From: an uncultured Candidatus Binatia bacterium
Lineage (GTDB): Bacteria; Desulfobacterota; Binatia; Bin18
Direction: 5' to 3'
Length of the DNA stretch: 64,000 nucleotides
Assembly (NCBI GenBank): GCA_965200965.1
Contig: OZ241744.1
Location: 3,072,001 to 3,136,000, forward strand
The notes under the pieces were generated by a model. The model was not told where the DNA came from. It ran no database searches and saw only the letters and a program-made list of their open reading frames with translations. Position numbers and translations under genes: made by a program. Within the stretch, counting starts at the first letter, position 1. Each line of letters starts with the position of its first letter. Positions 19,822-29,807 of this stretch are shown in pieces.

Positions 19822-20105
19822 CTTTCCTTCCTTCCAGGCTCTCTAGCAGGGTTTCCGCTCTGCCCTGAAAATCGCCCGCAAACTTGGCCACGGCCGCGGC
19901 CATTGCTTCCACCTTTTCCCGGAGCCGGACGGCTTCCGCCCTGCCTTGGGCAAGGCCGGCCTGGTAGCCCGCCGCATAATCGCCTTCGGCATCTTTCAGA
20001 GCGGCCGCATAGCCCGCGTCGTAGCCTAGCCGTGCCTTCTGGGCGGCTTGTTTGGCAATGCCAGCCCCGGCCTTGGCCAAGCCTTTTCCTTGGTTCAGGG
20101 CGGTA
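19799..20105 (-). pseudogene. 5'-truncated Ala-rich helical protein with GYxAGY repeats
   Basis: GYDAGYAAA...YAAGYQAGLAQG; no credible start before the neighbouring gene's stop. Confidence 0.45.
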
Positions 20106-20939
20106 TCAAAGAACCCGCTCTGCCAGCCTGACCCCCACCGCGTACCGTCCGTGTGGCCCCTGGGCAATCTCAAAGGCAACCCGGTCGCCCGGTCTCAGAC
20201 TGCGGTCGCCCTGACCCGGAATACCGCTGAAGTGGACAAAAATCTCTTCGCCCTGATCCGAGTGTATCAGCCCCCGCCCGGCGGCGAACCATGCCACCCT
20301 GCCCCGTCCCTGCCCGACTGTCCGCCACGGTGTGAGCGCGGTCTGTGCGTGCCAGTAGGCGGCCGGAACGCGGACCGCCTTCACCGCCGGGGTATCCCAG
20401 GCGGCGTGGGCATAATCGGCCAGCCGTGATCTGACAGCCCGGATATCCTGGCGCAACTCTTCCACGCTCGGTCGCCCGGCCAGCCACCAGCCGACATACA
20501 CGCTGTGGATGCTCAGATCGGGTGCCAGACACAGGGTATGCGGAATAGCGACATCGGGGTATTCGCCGTCGGTGGTATCGACGATGTTCAGCCGCCGAAT
20601 TGCCTGCCGCTGGTAGTCGCTCAGAAAAGGAAAGCGAGCGCCCAAACCCGCCCGATAGGCGGCGGCAACGGCTGGGGTATCGGTGCTGATCGCCACCAGC
20701 CCGGTGTGGTTGAGTTCGACCTCGGGGTAAAAAGCGACCATCTGGCTGAGTTGGAGGCGGTCTCTGGGACAGAAAAAACCGCGATACACCACAACGATCA
20801 GCGGTCGGCCATGCGCAAAGCCGAGGTGCCGGTCGAATTCATCCGGGGCGGTCAGCTGCGACAGGCTGACGCGCCGACCGGTGTGGTCGGGCAGGGACAG
20901 GTCGGGAAACCAGGTACCGGCATGAAGCGAGGTAGACAT
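20106..20939 (-). CDS. AhpC/TSA redoxin fused to a C-terminal cold-shock domain
   Basis: FPDLSLPDHTG, YRGFFCPRD, VAISTD, FPFLSD; C-terminal GRVAWF...GRGLI...EIFVHFSGI...SLRPGDRVAFEI.QGPHG. Confidence 0.82.
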   Translation of the reverse strand: MSTSLHAGTWFPDLSLPDHTGRRVSLSQLTAPDEFDRHLGFAHGRPLIVVVYRGFFCPRDRLQLSQMVAFYPEVELNHTGLVAISTDTPAVAAAYRAGLGARFPFLSDYQRQAIRRLNIVDTTDGEYPDVAIPHTLCLAPDLSIHSVYVGWWLAGRPSVEELRQDIRAVRSRLADYAHAAWDTPAVKAVRVPAAYWHAQTALTPWRTVGQGRGRVAWFAAGRGLIHSDQGEEIFVHFSGIPGQGDRSLRPGDRVAFEIAQGPHGRYAVGVRLAERVL

Positions 20940-20971
20940 GCGTATCTCCGGGACTGAGGATGGACCCCAGT

Positions 20972-22990
20972 TCAGCCCAACACCCGCGGAAACTCTTCCC
21001 GCCAGCGCCGGCTGAAGATCAGGGTGTCGTTGTAGGTGGCCTGGAGTTCAATCACAGCAAGAAAGGTTTGCGCGGTGCAACTCAGCGTGATCGTGCTGTC
21101 GATGACAATTTTCCAAGCCGTCCGTTCCCACTCCAGGTGGCGGCGCATCTGGGCCGTGCAGCTCAGGGGGTCACCGTCTCGGAGAGACAGGTCTTTGGCG
21201 TTGGTCTCGGTCATGCGCAGTCCCTGTTCGGTCAGGAAGCTCGTGCCGCCGACCCGGCTGCTGAGCGTGCTTGTGCCATCGACCATATCGTGCCGAACGG
21301 TGTATGCGCGTTCGGTGTCTTCTGAGCGGACAGGGGCGGCCGGCACCTCGGGCAGAGCAAAGACCGGTGCCGGCAACGCCGGAGACCGGGCCGGGATAAC
21401 GGGCAGGACGAGCCGAGAGGGATGGGTTGCGCCGTAGTACAGGCTCAGGCTGGTCGGGCGCGGGGGCGGCCAGACCAGCGGCCAGTCGGCCCCGGCCAGA
21501 CTCAGCCGCAGGCGACGGCCCGGGGCAAAAACGTGGCAGATGCTGCTCAGCTCAAGGCGGACCGGGTAGACCCGACCGGGTACCAGTGGGGTCGGCTGCG
21601 CGTGACTGTCCCGATGGGTCAGGTTGAGCACGCCACGGGTTACGAGCAGGGAAGAGCCGTCGGGGCCGACATCGCACAGTTTGACCGCGAGCTGCGCGAC
21701 CGGCTCCGAGGCGGCAAGGTAGAGCTCGAGTCGGGGGAAGCCCAAAATCTCCAGCGGCTCGGACAGGGGCGGGGTGGTGAATGTCAGCGAGCAGGCGTCA
21801 TCGCGGCGTTGGTCGCGGGGGAGCCCGCCGGGCCGCGGGCCGGTACACCAGAACGGGGCGGCCAGACCGGGGCTTGGGGGGCCTTGCCAGGAAACCGGGG
21901 GCGTGTCCGGCGGCGGCTGTAGCCCAAACGTCCCGGCCGGCCCGAGATACCAGGTCTGGTAGTCGGTTCGAGCCACCGGCCACTCGGTTTCAGACCGCCA
22001 GTGACCGGGCGTGATATCCCGATACGGATCGGGCGAGCGCGAGCCCTGAACCCACACCGTCAGCTTAGGCTCGTCCATGACGCCGTTCTGAAGCCCCTTG
22101 AGCCAGTAGTCCCACCACCGCCGCATCTCTCGCAGATGATCGATCTGGGGACCGGGCCGGGCCACATGCGGCATGTCGTGCAGCCACGGCCCGATGAGGC
22201 CCTTGCACGGGGCGCGCAGGTGCTGCAACATCTGGAGAACAAAATCCCGATAACTGTCGGCCCAGCCGCCAATGGCGAACACCGGGCACTGCATTGCAGC
22301 CCAGTCCTCACACAGTGAGCCATTCTGCCAGTAGGCGTCGCGGGTTTGGTGGCGGAGCCATGCAAACGGCCACTGTGGGGTGCGCTCAAGCCGCTCCCGC
22401 CAGCGTGCCTCCCACTCGTCGCCGGCGATTTCCGGCAGCGGCGGCAGGGCGTTCAAGGCCACCATGCGGCCCGCCCAGGCGACCGATTCGTTGACCGGCA
22501 GACAGCCGCCGTGGTAATGCACGTCCTGGCCGTAGCGGTCAACGAGGGCGTGCAGGGCAACAATCGCCTTGAGCTGGGGCGGGGCGTGCATAGCAGTCTG
22601 AATGGCGCTGATCCCCCCGTAGGATGAACCGTACATGCCGAGCCGGCCACTACACCACGGCTGGTCGGCCAGCCAGTCCAGCGCGTGCAGGCAGTCGAGT
22701 TGTTCCTGGCGGGTGTACTCATTGTCGGCAATGCCCTCCGAGGCTCCACTGCCCCGGGTATCAAGCCGGACCCCGATATAGCCCTTGCGGGCCAAATAGC
22801 TGTGGGTGCGCCAATCACGCGCGATCTTGTTGTCGTCTTTGCGGTAGGGGTGGGCCTCAACAATGGCCGGAAACGGTCCGTCGTTTGGAGCGTCCGGCAT
22901 GTACAGGCGAACGCCGAGCCTGACCCCGTCCGGCATGGGTATGGCGAGCTGGGGGATGATGCGTATCGGGTAGTCCACAGAGTTTTTCAT
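20972..22990 (-). CDS. CocE/NonD family hydrolase (peptidase S15)
   Basis: MPDGVRL, PYRKDD, RGSGASEG, GSSYGG, GGWADSY, IGPWLH. Confidence 0.9.
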   Translation of the reverse strand: MKNSVDYPIRIIPQLAIPMPDGVRLGVRLYMPDAPNDGPFPAIVEAHPYRKDDNKIARDWRTHSYLARKGYIGVRLDTRGSGASEGIADNEYTRQEQLDCLHALDWLADQPWCSGRLGMYGSSYGGISAIQTAMHAPPQLKAIVALHALVDRYGQDVHYHGGCLPVNESVAWAGRMVALNALPPLPEIAGDEWEARWRERLERTPQWPFAWLRHQTRDAYWQNGSLCEDWAAMQCPVFAIGGWADSYRDFVLQMLQHLRAPCKGLIGPWLHDMPHVARPGPQIDHLREMRRWWDYWLKGLQNGVMDEPKLTVWVQGSRSPDPYRDITPGHWRSETEWPVARTDYQTWYLGPAGTFGLQPPPDTPPVSWQGPPSPGLAAPFWCTGPRPGGLPRDQRRDDACSLTFTTPPLSEPLEILGFPRLELYLAASEPVAQLAVKLCDVGPDGSSLLVTRGVLNLTHRDSHAQPTPLVPGRVYPVRLELSSICHVFAPGRRLRLSLAGADWPLVWPPPRPTSLSLYYGATHPSRLVLPVIPARSPALPAPVFALPEVPAAPVRSEDTERAYTVRHDMVDGTSTLSSRVGGTSFLTEQGLRMTETNAKDLSLRDGDPLSCTAQMRRHLEWERTAWKIVIDSTITLSCTAQTFLAVIELQATYNDTLIFSRRWREEFPRVLG

Positions 22991-23240
22991 CCCACTCTCT
23001 TTGCCTTGCAAGCTCCGGCACAACAACGATAGCGTTCGCTGACAGGAAGCGGTTTCAAGCCCATGCAGAGTACCAGACGGAAGACGCCCGGCAAACAAGG
23101 AGCAGCCCCATGCCACAGGCGCGTAGCGACGCCAGCGTGACCCTGCACTACGAACGTGACGAGTACACCGATATCGTTGCCTGTGCCGGCAGCATGGACA
23201 TCACCCCCTTTCTCCCCTCCTGTATCGGAGAGCGGCAAGC

Positions 23241-24539
23241 GTGACGGCGACGCTGAGCGACACGCCAGACAGTGTGTGGCTGACCGAGCCACCTGCGACC
23301 GCCCCGCGGCTGCACGGTCGGGTGCGGGCCGACCTGGCTATCGTTGGCGGCGGGATAACAGGGCTGAGTGCTGCTTACCATTTCAAGCGGCGCTATCCCG
23401 ACAAACATATTGTGGTGCTTGAAGGACAGCGGGTCGGCTTTGGGGCGAGCGGGCGCAGCAGCGGCTTCATCTCGCGCGAATATCACGGCTGGGACAGTCT
23501 CTTTTTTGACCAGGGGGTGGCCGCGGTCGAACCCTACGCCCGCTACGCCGAGCGCGGCTATAGGCATCTGGTTCACACCATTACACGGGAGGCGATTGAC
23601 TGCGACCTCCGGGAGAGCGGCGCGCTGCGGCTGGCCAAGAAAGACGCCGAGACGCGGACGCTGGAGAAACAGGTCGCGGCCTACGCTCAGCTCGGCCAAT
23701 CGGTTCAACTCTGGCAGGGCCGAGACTTGGCCGCAAAGATTCGCTCGGAGTTTTATCCGGCCGCGGTGTTCCTGCCCCACTGGGCCACCCTGCATCCGGG
23801 TAAACTCGTCCGGGGTCTCAGAGCCGCTGTCGAGGGTCTCGGTGTCCACATCTACGAACACACTCCGGTGCAGCGGCTCCGGCGGGGCAAAGCGGTCGAG
23901 CTGGTCTGCCCGGATGGCCAGCTCAGGGCCGACACGGTCGTTATCGCCACCAACGCTTACACGCCTCAACTCGGCCTGTTCAAGCGTATTCTGATGCCCC
24001 TCCATCTGTACGTCATGGTGACCCAACCGCTGGACGAGACCGCCGTCGGCCACGGTGCCTGGACCAGCCTGCCGGGCCGGTATGAAATGGACGCCAGCCA
24101 TACCATTCGCCTCACCCCCGATGGCCGCCTGCTGATCAGGGGCGGTGCCCGCTACGATTACAACAGTCGGGTCGCCTCCCGTCACCGGCCCAGGGCCTAT
24201 CAGCGCTTGGCCGAGCGCCTGGTCGAACGCTATCCCTATCTGGGCAGCGTCCAAGCCGCCTACAACTGGAGCGGCGTGATGGCGCTGACCCGCGCCCATA
24301 CGCCGCTACTGGGACGGCTGGACAGTGACAAGAGTCTCCTGTTCAGCGTCGGCTACAACGGCTTCGGCTTGGTGAACGGATTTTATGGCGGCAGGCTGAT
24401 GTGCGAGCTGTACGCAGGCCAGCCCAGCCCGGATGTGGCGCTCATGTCCTCGCCAGCCAGGGCCGGCTGGCTGCCACCCGAGCCTCTGCGCTATCTGTCT
24501 GTGAACGTGTCGCTGGCCCTGCGACACCATCGTTTGTGA
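23241..24539 (+). CDS. FAD-dependent amine oxidoreductase (DadA/PuuB-like)
   Basis: IVGGGITGLSAAY, GASGRSSG, LHPGKL, ATNAY, GYNGFG. Confidence 0.87.
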   Translation: MTATLSDTPDSVWLTEPPATAPRLHGRVRADLAIVGGGITGLSAAYHFKRRYPDKHIVVLEGQRVGFGASGRSSGFISREYHGWDSLFFDQGVAAVEPYARYAERGYRHLVHTITREAIDCDLRESGALRLAKKDAETRTLEKQVAAYAQLGQSVQLWQGRDLAAKIRSEFYPAAVFLPHWATLHPGKLVRGLRAAVEGLGVHIYEHTPVQRLRRGKAVELVCPDGQLRADTVVIATNAYTPQLGLFKRILMPLHLYVMVTQPLDETAVGHGAWTSLPGRYEMDASHTIRLTPDGRLLIRGGARYDYNSRVASRHRPRAYQRLAERLVERYPYLGSVQAAYNWSGVMALTRAHTPLLGRLDSDKSLLFSVGYNGFGLVNGFYGGRLMCELYAGQPSPDVALMSSPARAGWLPPEPLRYLSVNVSLALRHHRL

Positions 24540-24544
24540 GGGGG

Positions 24545-24856
24545 CTACTGCAAAGGCGAAAAACTGGCCGGCGTCAGGATTTTGTTGTACTGGCTCACAA
24601 TCATCGCCTGGGCGCGGGGCCGGAAGGCCTGCAGGGCGGGATCTGCGCCCTGGGCGGCCCGGGCTTGGGCGCGGTGATTCATATCCTCGTAGGCCCAGAT
24701 ATGGACTACCTCGTTGAGCGGCCCGACCTCGGTTGACCACCAGCCGACCAGCTTGGAGTACTTGCTGATGACGGGCAGGGCTTCGTGCTCTATCAGGGCT
24801 TGAAACTCCGGGACCTTGCCCGGCTGTAAGGTGTACACTCGCATTTCGTAGATCAT
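24545..24856 (-). CDS. NIPSNAP family protein
   Basis: MIYEMRVYTLQPG, EVGPLNEVVHIWAYED, LTPASFSPLQ. Confidence 0.92.
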   Translation of the reverse strand: MIYEMRVYTLQPGKVPEFQALIEHEALPVISKYSKLVGWWSTEVGPLNEVVHIWAYEDMNHRAQARAAQGADPALQAFRPRAQAMIVSQYNKILTPASFSPLQ

Positions 24857-24892
24857 ACGATACCCCTCCTTTGTGTGGTGCTTGGCGTGTGG

Positions 24893-26827
24893 CTAAAAGC
24901 GTGCGATCAGACGGCCCTGGACGCCGGAGTCCATGCCGCCGGCGCGTGTCAGGCTGGTCTCGCCGCTGACCTGGGCGGCCAGGCTGGCACCGACCCCGAA
25001 CTCAATGCCGCCGCCGAAGACTGCGGCCGGCTCGTTGTCGGCTACCTTGCCGGACACGGTTTGGCCGGAGCCGAGCCTGCCCCTGACCTGCTCTTCGTCG
25101 CCAAAGTCATACTCCCCGGTGATGCGCAGGTGCGGCGCGACCCACACGGGGCCAAACTGCACGAGGCTGGACACCTGGCCGCCGAGAAAGCCGACCCAGC
25201 TTTCGTGGACGCTGCTTCTGACCGACAGGGCGAGCGGGCCGGCGCTTTCCTGGTAGCCGTCGAGCTGAGATTCGGTCCAGCGGCCGCCGATGATCGGCCC
25301 GAAGCTCGTGTTGCCGTACTGGAAGTTGTAGCCGCCACTCAGCAGGGCGAACCAGGTTGAGCCTCTGGGGTTGGCTGAGGCGGTGGGACGCGGGCTGAAG
25401 CCGGTAGGACGCGAGAAGCGGTAGTCGTCCGCAGCATAGCCGACGGCTGCGTCCACATACATCGCCCTGTTGCTCACCGTGCCGTAGACGGTCCCGAACC
25501 AGCTCTCCAGGTCAGCCCGCCCCCGGCCTCCGTCCAACTCCAGGTCGGCCTCGCTGTAGCCAAAGCCGGCCCCGAGCATGGCCGACTGCTGAAACCGCCA
25601 GTCCAGCCCCAGCATCCCGGCGGTCGTGTCATAGTCAAAGCCGCGCTGGCCGGCGTCGCCGTCCCGGTCGCCCATACCGAAGTCGCCGGTGAGGTGCAGG
25701 GAGAACTGTCCCAACTCAACGGCGTCCGTCCCGAAGCAGGAGCGCGCCGACAGCAGGCGGGCTTCCATCAGGCGCTGCTGGGAGCGCGATGACAGCAGGC
25801 CCAGCATGGAGCGGGCGGTGATGTCGGCCCCGGCGTTGGCCTTCATGTCGAGATAGGCGGCCACATATTGGCCGGCAACCTGGTGTGTCCGGGCGGTTGG
25901 GTGGATGCCGTCATAGAAGAGGCCGGCGTTGGCCGTCTCTGGAGTCGAACAGTCACGCACCTCGGGGCTGGCCACCGCCGTATAGAAACAGGGGCGGCGG
26001 GTGTCGCTCAAGCCGTAGAGAGCCGGGTTGTCCAGCATGTCGGCGAACAGGTCGTCCATTGCCACCAGCGTGATGTCAAGCTCACGCGCGGATTCAAGCA
26101 CGGTCACTGCGCTGAGCAGGGCGGTATTGTGGGCCGCGGTGAGCTGGCTGAGGCCGGCCGAGATCGACGGGCCGAGGGCCAGCGCGCGTGGCGTCCTGCC
26201 CATATCCGGCAGGTTCAGGACGGCAAAGCGTCTCTGACCAGCCCCGGCCAGCGTGCCGAGGCCGGTGTTGATATTGCCGATGACCGTGCCGACAAGGGTC
26301 TGGGGGGTGAGCGCGCCGGCGGCAATCCGGCCGGCATTGTTCACATAGTCGTTGGCCCCGATGAAGTAGACGGCCAGGCTGTTCGGACCAGCCACCCCTC
26401 GCCCGACCGCCCTGCCGACCTGATCGAGCGCGTCAACGTTGAGCAGGTTGAACAACGAAGCAACAGCCGGGTCCGGGTAGGCGTTCGTCTCTCCCGACTC
26501 TGCGCCGGCAAAGGCGAGGTTGAAGACGTTTGACTCAGACACGCCAAGCAGGCCGGGCAGCACCTCAGCATAGGTCGGGCCGTTGGAAAACCGGCCCGAG
26601 TAATACGGCGGGCTGGGCGGCTGCACCGGCACCTGGGGAGATCGGGCGTTCAGGACGGTGGTTGCCTGGTACAGGTTGCCGGTGTCGGTCAGGCTGTCGC
26701 CGATGAAAAACAGGCTGGGCTGGGCCACGGCCGGCCGGCCGGTCAAGGTGCCGGCCAGCAGTAGCCCCACGGCGAGGCTCAACCGGACAAGCCGCCGGCT
26801 CCTTCCTGTTGTCCGCGATGTCAACAT
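24893..26827 (-). CDS. GDSL lipase/esterase autotransporter
   Basis: Signal peptide; GDSLTDTGN, GRFSNG, GANDY, DGIHPT; C-terminal beta-barrel ending in F. Confidence 0.9.
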   Translation of the reverse strand: MLTSRTTGRSRRLVRLSLAVGLLLAGTLTGRPAVAQPSLFFIGDSLTDTGNLYQATTVLNARSPQVPVQPPSPPYYSGRFSNGPTYAEVLPGLLGVSESNVFNLAFAGAESGETNAYPDPAVASLFNLLNVDALDQVGRAVGRGVAGPNSLAVYFIGANDYVNNAGRIAAGALTPQTLVGTVIGNINTGLGTLAGAGQRRFAVLNLPDMGRTPRALALGPSISAGLSQLTAAHNTALLSAVTVLESARELDITLVAMDDLFADMLDNPALYGLSDTRRPCFYTAVASPEVRDCSTPETANAGLFYDGIHPTARTHQVAGQYVAAYLDMKANAGADITARSMLGLLSSRSQQRLMEARLLSARSCFGTDAVELGQFSLHLTGDFGMGDRDGDAGQRGFDYDTTAGMLGLDWRFQQSAMLGAGFGYSEADLELDGGRGRADLESWFGTVYGTVSNRAMYVDAAVGYAADDYRFSRPTGFSPRPTASANPRGSTWFALLSGGYNFQYGNTSFGPIIGGRWTESQLDGYQESAGPLALSVRSSVHESWVGFLGGQVSSLVQFGPVWVAPHLRITGEYDFGDEEQVRGRLGSGQTVSGKVADNEPAAVFGGGIEFGVGASLAAQVSGETSLTRAGGMDSGVQGRLIARF

Positions 26828-26870
26828 AGTGCTCCCTTTCTCTGGCATATCCGCGGCGTGTCGTGGCGGG

Positions 26871-28079
26871 CTAGGCGTCGGCAAAGGCCGGCGCGACCTT
26901 GGTGGCGAACATCTCAATGTCTTCTATCAGCTGCGCCTGCGGCTCTAAGCCGTTATAGGCCACCAGGGAAAAATACTCGAACGGAATCTCGCTATAGATC
27001 TCGTCGATCTGGCGTTTCACCTCGTCCACCGTGCCGGCCACAATCAGGCCGGTGTTCATCACCCGCTCAAACAGTGAGCCGTGCCCTTCGGCCAGCAGCC
27101 CAGGGAAAAAATGGCCGGCAAACTGCGAAAAGAACGGCACTATCGTGTGGTCCACCTTCTCATACGCCTCTTGGCGCGTTTTGCCGACAAACAGGAAGCG
27201 CAGCAAGCCCTGACCCTGGCCCGGGCTGAGGGTTCTGCCGACCTGGGCCGCCCCCTCACGATAGGCCAGGTCTTGGGCACGCGCACCCTGGACAGGCGCG
27301 AAGTAACAGCAGGTAAATCCTTCTTGTCCCGACCAGCGGGCCGACTCGGCGCTGCCCGACGAGCTGATGAACACCGGCGGGTGGGGCTGTTGATAGGAGG
27401 CCGGGACGACACTGATCTGACGCACGCGGTTGTGTTCGTCGATCTCGCCCGGGGCACCGTACTCCCGAGCGCAGGGGTAGGCCGGATAGTTCTCAATGCC
27501 GGTATGGGGGTAAGGAACCTTGAAATATGCGCCGTCGTGGGCAAAGCTCTGCTGCGTCCAGGCTTTCTTCACAATCGTGACCATTTCACGAAAAATGCGC
27601 TGGTTGTTCTCGTCGGCCTCGGCCTGATCGGGCGACTCGCGGTGCGACAGGGTGGGCAGCGATTGGTAGGCCTGGCCCAGGGTCCGCACCCAACGTGCCT
27701 GGTAGCCGCGGGCAAACCCGACAAAAAAGCGGCCTTTCAGAATATGGTCCAACAGGGCGGTTTCTTCGGCTACCCGCAGCGGGTCATGCGTACCCATAAC
27801 ATAGCCGAGTTGGCCCATCCGCATACGCGTGGCATACGGCCCGAGCCAGGCGTTCATGATGCCCGGGCAGGGCAACATCTCAAACCCCTCGGAATGAAAA
27901 TGGTGCTCAATAAAACTCATGCCCCAGTAGCCCAACTCATCAGCCGCCTTGACAATATCGACCATGCCGTCGATGATCTCGGCATACTTCTCAACGTTCC
28001 GTCCAACCGGTTTGAGTCGTTTGCGCTCGGCGTTCGAGCGGACCGGCATGGACGGGACCATCTGAATCATTGTTTTCAC
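26871..28079 (-). CDS. LLM-class (luciferase-like) flavin monooxygenase
   Basis: ADELGY, EHHFHSEG, PLRVAEE..LLDH..KGRF..G.ARGYQ, QQPHPP. Confidence 0.9.
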   Translation of the reverse strand: MKTMIQMVPSMPVRSNAERKRLKPVGRNVEKYAEIIDGMVDIVKAADELGYWGMSFIEHHFHSEGFEMLPCPGIMNAWLGPYATRMRMGQLGYVMGTHDPLRVAEETALLDHILKGRFFVGFARGYQARWVRTLGQAYQSLPTLSHRESPDQAEADENNQRIFREMVTIVKKAWTQQSFAHDGAYFKVPYPHTGIENYPAYPCAREYGAPGEIDEHNRVRQISVVPASYQQPHPPVFISSSGSAESARWSGQEGFTCCYFAPVQGARAQDLAYREGAAQVGRTLSPGQGQGLLRFLFVGKTRQEAYEKVDHTIVPFFSQFAGHFFPGLLAEGHGSLFERVMNTGLIVAGTVDEVKRQIDEIYSEIPFEYFSLVAYNGLEPQAQLIEDIEMFATKVAPAFADA

Positions 28080-28256
28080 CCGCGTCCTCCCTTTCCCTGC
28101 CCTTTAAACCTGCTCAGTCCCACAGCGTCAAGCCCGCCCCGTCTCGCTTGCAGCCGTGTCCGAGGTTTTGTATGGAGAATCATCCCATACCCTGACGGGC
28201 ATGGTTGACGGGTCCGGCGAGGCAGCGGTCGTAGCACCTGAGAAGGGGAGAGAAAA

Positions 28257-29174
28257 ATGTCACAGGGCGAAGTAGAGATTCACCTGGGAGACAACCTAGA
28301 GATTCTCAAAACATTTCCGGGTGAGTCTTTCGATCTGATCTATATTGACCCGCCGTTCAACACGGGGAAGCGACAGGGAAGAACAACATTGAAAACGGTC
28401 CGGGACCCGCACGGCGATCGTACCGGCTATCAGGGCCAGCGGTATCGCACGATTCAGCTGGGGACGGTATCGTACACTGACTCTTTTGGGCAGTATGAGG
28501 AGTTTCTGGAGCCGAGATTGCGAGAAGCCTATCGGGTACTCAAAAAGACGGGGGTGTTCTTCTTTCATATTGATTACCGGGAAGTGCATTATTGCAAGGT
28601 GCTGCTGGATCAAATTTTCGGCAGAGCATCCTTTATCAACGAAATCATATGGGCCTATGACTACGGCGCACGCTCAAAGCGGAGATGGTCCCCGAAGCAT
28701 GACAACATTCTCTGGTACGCCAAGACACCAAGCGCATACACCTACCGCTATGAAGCGATTGATCGCGTCCCATACATGGCCCCCGGCCTGGTCGGGAAGG
28801 AGAAAGCGGAGCGGGGAAAAACGCCAACCGATACCTGGTGGAACACCATTGTTCCGACGAACGGGAAGGAAAAAACGGGATATCCGACCCAAAAGCCTCT
28901 GACTATTCTGAATCGAATTATCCGAACGCATTCTCATCCGGGCGATCGGGTCCTGGATTTCTTTGCGGGGAGCGGAACGACAGGAGAAGCGGCGTTCACG
29001 AGCGGGCGGGATGTTGTCCTGGTCGATAACAATCCAGAGGCGATTCGGGTTATGGAACACCGCCTGGCGCGTGCGAAGCCGACTCTCTATGAAGAGGGAA
29101 AACCGATTTCAGAGCCTCGAGAGCGGCGAGACTTGTTTGACGTGCCGGAAAGGGCTCCAGAATGTCACGCATAA
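28257..29174 (+). CDS. N6A/N4C DNA methyltransferase, beta-type motif order
   Basis: GDNL, IYIDPPFNTG, YPTQKP, LDFFAGSGTT. Confidence 0.93.
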   Translation: MSQGEVEIHLGDNLEILKTFPGESFDLIYIDPPFNTGKRQGRTTLKTVRDPHGDRTGYQGQRYRTIQLGTVSYTDSFGQYEEFLEPRLREAYRVLKKTGVFFFHIDYREVHYCKVLLDQIFGRASFINEIIWAYDYGARSKRRWSPKHDNILWYAKTPSAYTYRYEAIDRVPYMAPGLVGKEKAERGKTPTDTWWNTIVPTNGKEKTGYPTQKPLTILNRIIRTHSHPGDRVLDFFAGSGTTGEAAFTSGRDVVLVDNNPEAIRVMEHRLARAKPTLYEEGKPISEPRERRDLFDVPERAPECHA

Positions 29175-29722
29175 CAGACGCAGAAGTCCGGATTCTCGCA
29201 CAAGAGGCGGATACATTGAGTCAAGAATACGCAGCGAAGAGGAGGGATTGGGAAGGGAGTCCTTTCGGATGGATACGGGAGGGGGTCTCTTCAAGACAAA
29301 AAGGAACGATCGGGGAAAAGATCGTGGAAAGGTATCTGGCTGGTAAAGGATTCGATGTCGCTCGAAGTCCAAACTCCGAAGCAGACCGTTTGATAAATGG
29401 GATCAGGGCAGAGATAAAAATGAGTACCTTATGGGAAAATGGAACTTATACGTTCCAACAGTTGCGGGATCAGAATTATCAGTTTGCGGTATGTCTCGGC
29501 ATTAGTCCGTTTGACGCGCACTGTTGGGTTCTACCGAAGCAAACAATCATGCGACAGAGGGAGCTTGGGGGGATCACGCCACAACATGGCGGGGCCGGGG
29601 GAACCGATACGGCATGGTTGAAGGTAGACCCCAAAAATGTAGCTGCCTGGCTGAATGATTGCGGGGGTACGCTAAGTCAGGCTGTGCAACGCATTGCCGA
29701 AATAGTGAAAACATCAACCTGA
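29162..29722 (+). CDS. Putative type II restriction endonuclease (PD-(D/E)xK)
   Basis: KGTIGE...AD...AEIK...FQQLR; overlaps the MTase stop; AT-richer DNA. Confidence 0.72.
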   Translation: MSRITDAEVRILAQEADTLSQEYAAKRRDWEGSPFGWIREGVSSRQKGTIGEKIVERYLAGKGFDVARSPNSEADRLINGIRAEIKMSTLWENGTYTFQQLRDQNYQFAVCLGISPFDAHCWVLPKQTIMRQRELGGITPQHGGAGGTDTAWLKVDPKNVAAWLNDCGGTLSQAVQRIAEIVKTST

Positions 29723-29807
29723 GAAACGTCTCGTTATCGCTCCGGCAGACCTGGACACAGGGCTGGCTGAGTGACGCGGCCGCGCGCATGAAGGAAGGCT
29801 CGCCGGT

